From: Macrostomum hystrix
Lineage: Eukaryota > Animalia > Platyhelminthes
Length of the DNA stretch: 64,000 nucleotides
Direction: 5' to 3'
NCBI GenBank assembly: GCA_950097015.1
Contig: CATNEN010000003.1
Location: 2,108,001-2,172,000, forward strand
Positions 12,798 to 23,646 of the stretch are shown in pieces. Each line of letters opens with the position of its first letter. Positions within the stretch are counted from its first letter, which is position 1. Position numbers and translations under genes: made by a program. The notes beneath the pieces were generated by a model that was not told where the DNA came from, did no database searches, and saw nothing but the letters and a program-made list of their open reading frames with translations.

Positions 12798-12872
12798 AAT
12801 AGTGGTATTAAATACTAGTAGTAGTAGTAGTACATAGTGGTATTAAACAGTAGTAGTAGTAGTAGTAGTAGT
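12745..12872. repeat. Interrupted (TAG)n microsatellite inside the Polinton, upstream of pPolB
   Basis: Read directly; it is the same triplet as the Polinton termini. Confidence 0.85.
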
Positions 12873-12939
12873 ACCTACCGGGGGTTAGTAAGATGATAAT
12901 TATAATTGTAACTCCCAATGCTATTAATACTTATTACAG

Positions 12940-15900
12940 TCGACTCAAAGTAATCAGTCAATCTCGGACTATTCCGAATCTGATGAAAACTTGTCCGAGT
13001 CAGATGAATCTGACTATTCCGAGTCGGAGGAGGACCTTTCTGAGTCTTCGTGCACAAATCTGTCGGAATCATTGGAAGGAAGTCTGTCAGATTTTGAGTC
13101 AAGCAGCGGCCATGGCAATGGCTCCAGCGGTTTCAGTTTGAATGGTGGCAGTCCAGGAAGCAGCGGCGCTAGAAGCTCGGTCACTGGTCACTCGGAGCAA
13201 GGTGAAAATGATGGTAAGCCGGAAATTAATAAGTTGGTAAAATATTTTAAGTTTCGCAAAGTGCAGTTAGCTTGAGCAAAGGGATATTAAAACTTAATGT
13301 GTGATTACTGTAGGTAGTTACCGTTTTGTTTTAGAAATTGACAAGGTGAAGGGAGAAAAAAACTGATGTTTTTTTTGCAACTCCCGTTTCTAGGTCAGGC
13401 AGTTCATCTCAGCACAGTTTCCCAAGCATTCAATGAATCGCTAGAAATATTAAGACTGAGGCCAGATAATGCAGGCACTCTGCCATCCGAGTTTTTTGTC
13501 CAGGCTGGAAGCATAGTCATTGATGAAGTGCAGCGAAGAATCGGTATTCACCATTATAAAGTTCAGCTAAGGTCGAATATCCGTATGGCGCGAATAAAGG
13601 ATGGACAGATTCTAACAGAAGAAGACAAGTGGGTCAGCTGCAAACTGCAGACCATTGACAAGAGTGTGGATGCCACTGCCACCTATCAATATCTGCATGA
13701 TTGGCTGGTTGCACAGGAGCAAGAGTTGGAAAGGATTTGCAGCATGTTGAACACGAATGGTAGTGGTTGGACACTAACTCAGATAAACTTCCTGGATATA
13801 CATCTAGCTAGGTACAATCCGATTCGATTCCGCCAGGGTAGAACATCCAGATTTAACCTCCCAGCCAGTCTGAAAAACAAGAAAGCTGTCGTCAATCCGC
13901 CAAGTACCGGCAACGACTGCTTCATGTACGCCTGTCTTGCCGCATTGCACAGTGCCGATCCAAAGATAAAAAAATCGCCTGGCAGACTGTCGTCTTACGA
14001 TGAATGGTTGAACGAGCTTGACTTCGCTGGAATCTCCATGCCCGTCAGTGTCGCTGACATTGATCTCGTTGAGTCTAGCAATCCAGGAATTTGCATTTCT
14101 GCATTTCTATGGCAGCGAGGTAACGTGAGCTTGCTCCGTCGTCTCAAGCATGAGCCAGGAGGTCGAACTCATCTAATGCTTCTGTTGGTCAGCGGCAGCT
14201 ATGGATTAGAGCACTGGTGTGCAATTAATAACTTTGACAGGCTGATGAACAGCCGCGCCGGCCTTGCCATGAGAAAGTGGTGCACCAGATGCTTGACCTC
14301 ATTCTACTGCAGCGAGAGACTTCTAGAGCACAGCAGAGAATGCCAAATCGCTTCTGAAAATCCCATCAAGGAAGTCCTTCCTGTTCCTGGAGCAAACGAA
14401 ATCAAGTTCAAGGAATTTCAGAAGACAATCAGTCCACCATTTGTGACCTATGCCGACCTGGAAGCCATTTTGAAACAAAAACCAGACTCTGCCGATCTGA
14501 TCGCTCAACATGAGCCATGTGCAGCAGCCTACTTAGTGGTTTCCAGAGCGTACATGAAGGGGCCTGAACTTCGTCCTAAAGCAGACATGTACCAATCATT
14601 TTGCAATGCTGATCCCAAGGAGTGCATCCTTGCTTTTCTCAGTTCCCTTGAAAAGCTTTCCAGGGAAATCTTTCAGTGGAACCGGGTGCACAGTCACCAA
14701 GCAGCGGATAAATCTTCTCTAACGGACATGAAAGATTTCAATGACGCCACATCATGCCACTACTGTCAATCTGAGTTCAGCAGTTCCGCTGACAAACATT
14801 TTGACCATGATCACCTGACGGGGCAGTTCAAAGGAGCCGCGTGCCAGGAGTGCAACATGCGGGCTCAGCTTCGTCGCAGGTTTTTGCCTGTCATTTTTCA
14901 CAATTTGGGCGGTTACGATTTGCATCTTCTTCTTTCTACCGCACTTGGTAGCATGCCAAATTGGAAACTCAATGTTGTCCCACAGACTTCGGAGCGCTAT
15001 CTATCACTTCGGGTGGAGTTTCCTGTTGGCACCTACACAAAAAACGGGAAGACACTGCCACTAATGTTTACCATTCAGTTCATCGATTCTCTTTGCTTTC
15101 TAAAGGGAAGTTTGGCAAATTTGTTTTCCAATCTTTCAGAGAACGACTGTAAACTGACTCTGCAGCTGCTAGAGTCTAGGCCTCTGCTTTCAAAAGACAT
15201 TATTCGCCAAAAGGGAGTCTTTCCGTATGATTTCCTGACCGAGTTCAACATTCTTGAACAGACTAGTCTGCCACCGAAAAATGCATTTTTCAACCGTCTT
15301 ACCGACTGTGCGATTTCTGATGAGGAATACCATCGAGCAAAGGCAGCATGGGCCGCATTCGAATGTCGTAGTCTGCGAGACTACATGCTAGCATACCTGG
15401 AAATGGATGTGCGCCAGTTAGCAGACATTTTTGAGGCATTTCGTCACGCCAGTCTATCTGAAGATGGGCTCGATCCAGTGCACTATCTAACTACACCTGG
15501 TCTGTCTTACGACTCTGCTCTCAAATCAACTGGTGTTGTGCTCGAACAGCTAACAGACCCTGACATGTACCATTTATTCGAACAAGGCATTAGAGGTGGC
15601 ATGTCTTTCGTTAATGTGCACCATGTTAAAGCAAACAACCAAAGTTTGCCTGACTATGATGATCAGCAGGACTGCGTGAGTCTCATGCCGATTGACATGA
15701 ACAACTTGTACGGACACGCACTTTCTCAATCGCTTCCATGCAGCGGATTCAGGTGGGTGACAGAAAAGGAACTGCAGTCTTGGGACGCCAAAAAGTTCAT
15801 ATCTCTCGATCCTGAAGCTGAAGTAGCCTATCTCGTGCAGGTTGACCTTGAATATCCAGCCGATATTCATGATGTGACAGAGGAATTACCTTTTGCGCCA

Positions 15901-15993
15901 GAGAAATCTAAGCCGCAGGTTGACCAGTTTTCACCGTTTATGCTGGAATTGTGGAAGCAAATCTGTTTGATGCCCTTTTCAGATATGCGTTGA
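12940..15993 (+). pseudogene. polB: Protein-primed family B DNA polymerase (pPolB), spliced (exons 12940-13213 and 13394-15993), 3'-truncated
   Basis: Motifs in order: GSGW, NDCF...EHW (vOTU-like Cys/His), a CxxC...HxxxC finger, Exo I YADLE, an endonuclease VII-like CHYC...DHDHLTG...CQECN, Exo II FHNLGGYD, FIDS, KGVFPY, Exo III YLEMD and pol motif A DMNNLYG. Motifs B and C (KxxxNSxYG, YxDTDS) are missing. A phase-1 GT-AG intron (13214-13393) joins the upstream S/D/E-rich frame in frame. Confidence 0.9.
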
Positions 15994-16076
15994 TCAGTTT
16001 TCATCAATTCATGCAGTAGCTTTGATGCACCCGAGAAACTGGCCGGCTGAGCGGGACTATAGTATTTTGTTTCCAT
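15960..16076 (-). pseudogene. N-terminal stub of the Polinton retroviral-like integrase
   Basis: METKYYSPAQPASFSGASKL matches the YYxPxxPxSFSGxxKL start typical of Polinton integrases. It is cut off where it meets the truncated pPolB. Confidence 0.7.
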
Positions 16077-16467
16077 AGTCAATGTTTAGAAATTAATAAG
16101 AAAAATACGCAATTTTTTTTCTTAAGTTGCAGGTTTTTTTAATAACAGAACACACACGAGTGTTATGCTTGTTTTATTTTTTGCGGAATAAGTGGCAAAA
16201 CGTTTTACTGCATAAATGTAAGGCTCACAGATTAAAGAGATAATACAATAGCAAATCAATACAGCCGCACAGCTCACTGAACAGGGAGATTTTTTAAGAA
16301 ACATTATTAAGCTAGAGTTATATATAAAATAGTTAGCTGAATAAATGTGAATGAAATTGTAGAGTCAAGCAATTGCAAGCAGTAGCATGACAAATTTTCG
16401 TCGACTAAGAAAATTCAACGTAACTCAAAGCAGAATTCATTGTCACATTATTAACAATCAGTTCAGT

Positions 16468-17212
16468 TCACTCAATATCATTTTCGTCATCATCTTCCGT
16501 CAGCTTTGGAAACTTTATCGGATCCATCCTGCGCAGGGGCCATGGCAGCTTGCGCTTGCGACTGCTGCTGCCGCTCAGCCCTGTAGCTGCACGAGTCTGG
16601 TACCACAGTCGATCCAGGGCCAAGTTGCTATCCTGCTGCGGGATGCGACCGAATGACGGTGGTGTCGATGATGCGACCGGCAAAGGCAGCTCCGCAGTTG
16701 CATTGTCCGACTGGGCGATGAGCAGAGTCTTCTCCCCATCATCGGCCTCTTCACCGGAAGGCCACGTTTCTTAATGCTCGATGCTAGTGCCTGCTTCAAT
16801 CTTAATGTTCTTGGGGTCCAGCTCGTATTCGCTGTCTGGCGACTTTCCCCTCAGCTCGCCACTGAGCCATTCGGCCTTTTTCCACAGTTCCCGCCACAGA
16901 CAGTTCAACTGAATTTCGCTTCAGGAAGTCCTCCGTGCAATCCTCAGGCAGTCGCTTGAGCCAGATTACTCCCCTCTTCACTTCAACGAGTTTGTCGTAG
17001 CCCAGCTTGGCGGTGACATTGTGCCGGTTGACTGCAGAGTGCACCAGTTGACGCCTCAGTTGCTTCAGCTTTTCCCACTGATGTGGGTTCAGATTGAAGC
17101 CCGGGATGCCCGGCTTCAGCTCGCCCTCGGCAGTGTAGAAGCACCGTATCGCAATGAATCTATGACCTTCGTATTCTTGCACTTGAACCTTGAAGCCGTC
17201 GCAGAGATCCAT
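16468..17212 (-). pseudogene. PC4/Sub1-like ssDNA-binding protein (probably two PC4-like repeats plus a tail), frameshifted near 16893
   Basis: FKVQVQEYEGHRFIAIRCFYTAEGELKPGIPGFNLNPHQWEKLK matches the PC4 fold consensus (VxVxxFxGxxxIxIRxxY...KPGxxGIxLxxxQWxxL). An alternative frame continues WRELWKKAEWL...IEH*ETWP...PVASS to 16468. Confidence 0.75.
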
Positions 17213-17295
17213 CGCAGAGATTCAAAATTCAGAGATGATTTTTCTTTTCTTTCACTACCGTCATCACTCAGCCAGCATCAGTTAAAGCACTCCCC

Positions 17296-17302
17296 TTATA
17301 TA
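17296..17302 (-). promoter_or_regulatory. TATA box for the PC4-like gene, with upstream CACCC boxes
   Basis: TATATAA lies on the minus strand about 85 nt upstream of the ATG at 17212. A duplicated ACCCACCCCACTCC occurs at 17308-17340. Confidence 0.5.
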
Positions 17303-18141
17303 CCCTCGGAGTGGGGTGGGTTCATGGAGTGGGGTGGGTGCCGTAGTGTGTAAACATACAGGCTTATATTCAGGCACTCGAGCCGCTATATAATTTTCCG
17401 TACAGCAGATCATCATATTGGGCACATAAGATCTCTTCAGCTCATAAAACCTGACTCTTATATTAATTTTTAATATGTACCATTCAGAGCATTGCCGTCT
17501 ACTTCACAATAACAAAGCTCATTGCTGGCAGCAAGCTGGGCTGCTTTACTCTTATATATATCGCATCATGCTCCTGCACCAACTGTTAGTGCAGCAGAGT
17601 TGCATAAGCATTTGGGGCGCCCGTCTCCAATCTCTGTCCAAGTACGGCAGAATCACATAAACATAGAAGGGCTCTCATCATTTCCAACTCTGTACAGAGC
17701 GGCGGGCTACAACACGCGCGAGGACCCCTGTCCAATCCGATTATCCCCACCCCAACTCCCCGAACTGCCAACCAATGGCCAGGCCAATCCTATCCCTTTT
17801 CATTTCCGCCTTGTATGTGCGGCAGAGTTGCACAAGCATAGGAGCGCCCCTTCTCCAATCTCTGTCCAAGTGCGGCAGAGTTGAATAAGCATTAGAGCAT
17901 CGGCATTGGGTCACACAGAAGGACTCCCTCTTCCTCTCTTCCTTCCCCTCAGACCCCTCTAAGCGCCTCACCCATCGCTCCACCAATGTACAGTGCGCCT
18001 GGCTTGCCTAATCATACACGCGCGGCCTGCCCTAACCCCAACCCAATTAACACCCACCCCATGCCACGCAGTCCTATCCTTTTGCATTGCCGCCTATCTC
18101 CGCAATGCAAGTGCGGCAGAGTTGCATAAACTCATACTACT

Positions 18142-18590
18142 GAGGTTAAATGGGCCAGCGCCAGCGAGTTCCGTTTGTCAGAGGCAGAGTGACCAAGAAA
18201 ATTAAAGGCTAATTAAAATGTGGGGGCTTCGCCCCCACACCCCCACACCCCCCTCTACTCCTATCTCTGCTGTGTTAATCACCCAGCGCAAAGAGATAGG
18301 CCGGCCTCTCTTCCTATCCCTGCAGTGTTAATCCATCCCTAATGCACAGAGATAGGCCAGCCATTTCTCTTATCTCTGCAGTGCATTCGTTTCCTTCCTA
18401 TCATTTTACATTGCTTTCCTATCTCCCCAGTGCTAATGCGGCAGTGTCATAAGCACAGTAATGGGCTCCTGCACAAACCCACCTGATTGGCCTGCATATC
18501 TCCACTGTGTAGGCCCCGCTCCTATCCTTTTACATTGCTTTCCTATCTCCCCAGTGCTAATGCGGCAGTGTCATAATTCGCCCTACTACT
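18142..18590 (-). repeat. Polinton right terminal inverted repeat
   Basis: It is the reverse complement of 2279-2727. Confidence 0.95.
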
Positions 18591-18675
18591 TTGAGGATTT
18601 TAGTGCTCCAAGTCTTAATTAGTATTCAACATTTTGATGTACACAGATCCTAGCTGATGTTCCTGATTACAATAT

Positions 18676-19170
18676 TATCCCAGATCCCAATATACTAAAA
18701 TCCCAATATCCCAGATCCCAAGATCCAAATATCCCAATTCCCAGATCCCAATATCCCAGATCCTAATGTCCCAGATCCCAATATCCCAGATCCCAATATC
18801 CCAGATCCCAATATCCCAGATCCCAATATCGTAGATCCCAATGTCCCAGATCCCAATATCCCAGATCCCAATATCCCAGATCCCAATATCCCAGATCCCA
18901 ATTTTTTCAGATTTCAGTATTCTATATCCTAATATCCCAGATCCCAATATCGTAGATCACAATGTCCCAGATCCCAATATCCCAGATCCCAATATCCCAG
19001 ATCCCAATATCCCAGATCCCAATATCCCAGATCCCAATATCCCAGATCCCAATATCCCAGATCCCAATATCCCAGATCCCAATATCCCAGATCCCAATAT
19101 CCCAGATCCCAGATCCCAGATCCCAATATCCCAGATCCCAGATCCCAGCTCCAATTATTATAGATCCCAG
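18676..19170. repeat. 15-bp minisatellite ATCCCAGATCCCAAT downstream of the lectin gene
   Basis: Read directly from the sequence. Confidence 0.9.
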
Positions 19171-19194
19171 TCGTAGATCAGAAATGTCAGGTTC

Positions 19195-22016
19195 TCAGTA
19201 GAACTCCAGTGAAATAAATTTGATGTCAGCCTGGGCCACCACAGAGTTGAAGGCGCTGGGAATGGCTGACTGCTCAAACAGCCAGCACTCGCCGCTAGGT
19301 TCCTTGAACAGAACAAACAGGCAGCCGAGCTGACGCTGAGAGCACTTGAAAATGCACTCCATCTCTGATCTGATCCCAGTTAGAGAGGCCAATAGACTGC
19401 TGCTTGATGTCGCCGAGAAGCTGGGCTTTGTCTCAATGGCAACCAGTTGATCGTCGGGGACTAGTGTGTGAGGAGTGGCGTGGATAGAATCGGCTTTTCC
19501 GATAGAGTTTTTTTCTAAGAAATACAATTTGCACCAATTTATCACCAGAGGATTTGCCCGCCTAATCTCACCAGCGTAAATGTCCACCTCACAGAAGTTA
19601 AAGTACACCTGGGTTGGGTCTGTCAGGCCTGTCAGATTCTTGTACAGTGCCACGTATCTGCCGAAAATTGGTCTGGCGCAGATAAAGTTGATCGGATTAT
19701 CCGAATCGGTGGGCACTACTGTCCAGTAGGCGCATTGGGTGAACTGACTCCAGCTGAAACTTGTCCACACTGACTGCTGCAAGGACACGCCTGAATTAGG
19801 GAGTAATATAGCGCCTGATGTAGATAGGATTCAGGACGTTGGGATCTGGGATATTGGGATCTGGGATATTGAGATCTGGGATATTGGGATCTGGGATATT
19901 GGGATCTGGGATATTGGGATCTGGGATATTGGGATCTGGGATATTGGGATTTGGGATATTGGGATCTGGGATATTGGCATCTGGGATATTGGGATTTGGG
20001 ATATTGGGATCTGGGATATTGGCATCTGGGATATTGGCATCTGGCATATTGGGATGTAGGATATTGGGATGAAGGATATTGGGATGTAGGATATTGGTAT
20101 GTAGGATATTGGGATGTAGGATATTGGGATGAAGGATATTGGGATGTAGGATATTGGGATGTAGGATATTGTGAAGTAGGATATTGGGATGTAGGATATT
20201 GGGAAGTAGGATATTGGGATGATGCACTTTTATTCGACTCACCCAGACTGATCTGAGTAAACCGGACCTCGTCCGAATTGTCCAATCTGTTGTAGACGCT
20301 GGCGCAGAGAACGAAATTATTCTCCAGCAAGTCGACCATCCACCAGGGAGCGGGATCGCCAGCAGCGGTGCAGGTGCACTGAGCATAGTCCACCAAATGC
20401 CCATCTCTGATGCCATTGTAGGCCAGGGCCGCTGTTAGGGCTGGGGCGAACTGCGTCGACTGCTTGGCAGGGCGGCCTTTAGACAGAATCTGCACCCGAT
20501 CTGCAGTTATTGAGTTTGTGCATTTTGGCTACAAGAAATCTCTATAATTCACTAATTACTTTCAACTCTTCCGCTGTCTTACTGGCGTAAATGTCCACCT
20601 CACAAAAGTTAAAGTACACCTGGGTTGGGTCTGTCAGGCCTGTCAGATTCTTGTACAGTGCCACGTATCTGCCAACAGTTGGTCTGGCGCAGATAAAGTT
20701 GATCGGATTATCCGAATCGGTGGGCACGGCTGTCCAGTTGGCGCATCGGGTGAACTGACTCCAGCTGAAACTTGTCCACACTGACTGCTGCAAGGACACG
20801 CCTGGATTAGGGAGTGACGAAACACTGCTGTCAGCTGTTAGACAGTTTACCAACCTGTTAGATACTTTGTCAACCTGTTAGACAGTTTACCAACCTGTTA
20901 GACCCTTTTTCAACCTGTTAGACAGTTTATCAACCTGTTAGATACTTTTTTAACCTGCTAGATGTTTTGTCAACCGGTTAGATACTTCATCGATCTGTTA
21001 GACACAGTATAAATTTTTAGACACAGTATCAATATGTTAGACACTTCAACAAAATGGTATGCAACCTGTTGATCACTCACCCAGACTGATCTGAGTAAAC
21101 CGGACCTCGTCCGAATTTTCCAATCTGTTGAAGACGCTGGCCCTGAAGATCAGATGTCTTTCCAGCAAGTCGACCATCCACCAGGGAGCGGAATCTCCAG
21201 CAGCGGTGCAGGTGCACTGAGCATAGTCCACCAAATGCCCATCTCTGATGCCATTGTAGGCTAGGGCCGCTGTTTGGGCTGGGGCGAACTGCGTCGACTG
21301 CTTGGCTGGGCGACCTTTAGACAGAAGCTTGCCTCGGCCTGAGTAGACAAGGTTCAAACTCGGTTAACTGCCTAAAATCCCAGATCCCAATATCCCAGAT
21401 CCCAATATCCCAGATCCCAATATCCCAGATCCCAATATCCCAGATCCCAATATCCCAGATCCCAATATCCCAGATCCCAATATCCCAGATCCCAATATCC
21501 CAGATCCCAATATCCCAGATCCCAATATCCCAGATCCCAATATCCCAGATCCCAATATCCCAGATCCCAATATCCCAGATCCCAATATCCCAGATCCCAA
21601 TATCCCAGATCCCAATATCCCAGATCCCAGTATCCCAGATCCCAATATCCCAGATCCCAATATCCCAGATCCCAATATCCCAGATCCCAATATCCCAGAT
21701 CCCAATATCCCAGATCCCAATATCCCAGATCCCAATATCCCAGATCCCAATATCCCAGATCCCAATATCCCAGATCCCAATATCCCAGATCCCAATATCC
21801 CAGATCCCAATATCCCAGATCCCAATATCCCAGATCCCAATATCCCAGATCCCAATATCCCAGATCCCAATATCCCAGATCCCAATATCCCAGATCCCAA
21901 TATCCCAGATCCCAATCAGAGCAAAGAATGTTAGACTCACCATCAGAGTAACTCGTGCAGAATAAACTGCTCAAAAGTATGAGCACAAACTCGAAAATCT
22001 TGTTTGAACCCTGCAT
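19195..22016 (-). CDS. Secreted protein: signal peptide, two F-type lectin (fucolectin/FTP) domains and a PAN/apple-like domain; exons 22016-21941, 21338-21081, 20801-20583, 20500-20243, 19790-19572, 19514-19195
   Basis: It has a hydrophobic leader and FTLD motifs (LSKGRPAKQST, CTxT, PWWMVDL, VxNRxD, GRYV, FCEVDIY) twice. The C-terminus SEMECIFKC...C...ECWL is PAN-like. All five introns are GT-AG and phase 1. Confidence 0.85.
19839..20221. repeat. 15-bp minisatellite (inverted orientation, diverged) in lectin intron 4
   Basis: The unit TGGGATATTGGGATC grades into TAGGATATTGGGATG. Confidence 0.9.
20835..21045. repeat. Degenerate 20-bp tandem repeat (CAACCTGTTAGACAGTTTAC) in lectin intron 2
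   Basis: Read directly from the sequence. Confidence 0.75.
21377..21916. repeat. Near-perfect 15-bp minisatellite (about 36 copies) in lectin intron 1
   Basis: The unit is ATCCCAGATCCCAAT, with one substitution seen at 21630. Confidence 0.95.
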
Positions 22017-22403
22017 TTCAAAATGCGCTGGTCACTATGAGAGAAGCTAATGCAATTTATCTTTCTCCGCAGTTTTGCATTTATTGTCTACACAGCGCAA
22101 AGAGAAGGAAAAATTGATTGTCCATGCTGCATGCCACATGCCACTGCAGGTAAGTAAAAAAATTGTTATGAATAGAAATGTTTTAGACTTTTTTAAACTT
22201 CTGGATAAGCCTATGAGTTACATTGAATCGTAAAAAAGCATTATAATTGGCATTAACTGTTGCTACACTAGTACTCTGACAGACAACAGTATTCTGCAGT
22301 TTCGTCCTAACATTTGAGATGTGAAGTCTAATGGGGAAATAATTTTTTTATATACAAGTTTATATTGCAAAAATGATAGCAGAATATATCTACCTTATCA
22401 TCT

Positions 22404-22698
22404 GAACTGAACAGATCGATATGATACTGAACAGATCGATATCAAACTGAACAGATCGATATCAAACTGAACAGATCGATATCAAACTGAACAGATCGAT
22501 ATCAAACTGAACAGATCGATATCAAACTGAACAGATCGATATCAAACTGAGCAGATCGATATCAAACTGAGCAGATCGATATCAAACTGAACAGATCGAT
22601 ATCAAACTAAACAGATCGATATCAAACTGAACAGATCGATATCAGACTGAACAGATCGATATCAAACTAAACAGATCGATATCAAACTAAACAGATCA
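22404..22698. repeat. 20-bp tandem repeat AACTGAACAGATCGATATCA (about 14.5 copies) upstream of the lectin gene
   Basis: Read directly from the sequence. Confidence 0.9.
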
Positions 22699-23319
22699 TA
22701 ACGAGCAGATCGATAATATGTTGAGGATATCAATGTTTAACTTGGCCATCAAAAAAATTATCCGACAACATTCTGACTATTAACATTTTCTTCTAATTGC
22801 ATCATTATAAAGCTCAGTAAATTGGTTTGGCTTTTTGAGAATCGCTTCAAACAGTTAAGGTCGTATTAAATTTTGCAACGCAAAACTTATTTTAGTTCTT
22901 AATAAAACAATCAGAATAACAATAGATACAAAACTCATATAGTTTGTAAGTTTTTTCCGTTGCAAAATTAATAGCAGAACAGAGCTTGCTTATCTACTAA
23001 AGCTTAGTTTTATTTTTTGCATGCATGGAAAACGGCTAATTGGGAGGATTTAGTTCACGAACAGGCTCTGACAGTTTATACAAGAGGAATTACTTGTACA
23101 CAGTAAAAATTATTTATAATATCACTTGCCTTGCATTAAAGTTGCGTAACTGAAGCGATAAAATTGTATACAGAAAAGAAATGAAAATGTTGCTAAATTT
23201 AGTCTTATTTTTCACAAGGGCGCAGGTACAAAAGCTGCTATTTAGGAAACAATGCACAGAAATACTTTATAAGAACTGCATGGCTGTCCTCTTTGATAAG
23301 TCACGCACTGCTCCTACAA

Positions 23320-23613
23320 TTATCTGCGCAGCGAGCTTCTAGGCAGTTCGTCAGTGAATCGAAATCGTCGACCAGCTACTTTGCTCCTGCCGCTCTGCTG
23401 TAGCTGTAGCATCCGCTGCGGCGATGGCTGCGAATCCAGCTGCTGGTGCGGATGCTGCAGCTGCCGCTGCTGCTGCGGCTGGCAATATGGACTACCGTAA
23501 TGGCTGTCGGCTCTTTCATATCCATTGTAGCCTGCATCTGACACTTCTTGGTCACTCGAAGTCAAAGTATCTTCTTCCGTTGGCAGAGAATCTCTAAAAT
23601 ATATTCTTTGCTT

Positions 23614-23646
<33 letters not shown>

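Larger units (their letters stand above)
2279..18590. mobile_element. Polinton/Maverick DNA transposon (endogenous virus-like), internally deleted and non-autonomous
   Basis: The termini are AGTAGTAG...CTACTACT, the TIRs are 449 bp, and a 6-bp TSD TTGAGG lies at 2273-2278 and 18591-18596. It contains a protein-primed PolB and an integrase N-terminus. Confidence 0.95.

Noticed and set aside
18675-21943. ORFs with GSGIL, WDIGI, WDLGY or SQYP repeats
   Set aside because: They are translations of the 15-bp minisatellite in introns and the flank of the lectin gene.
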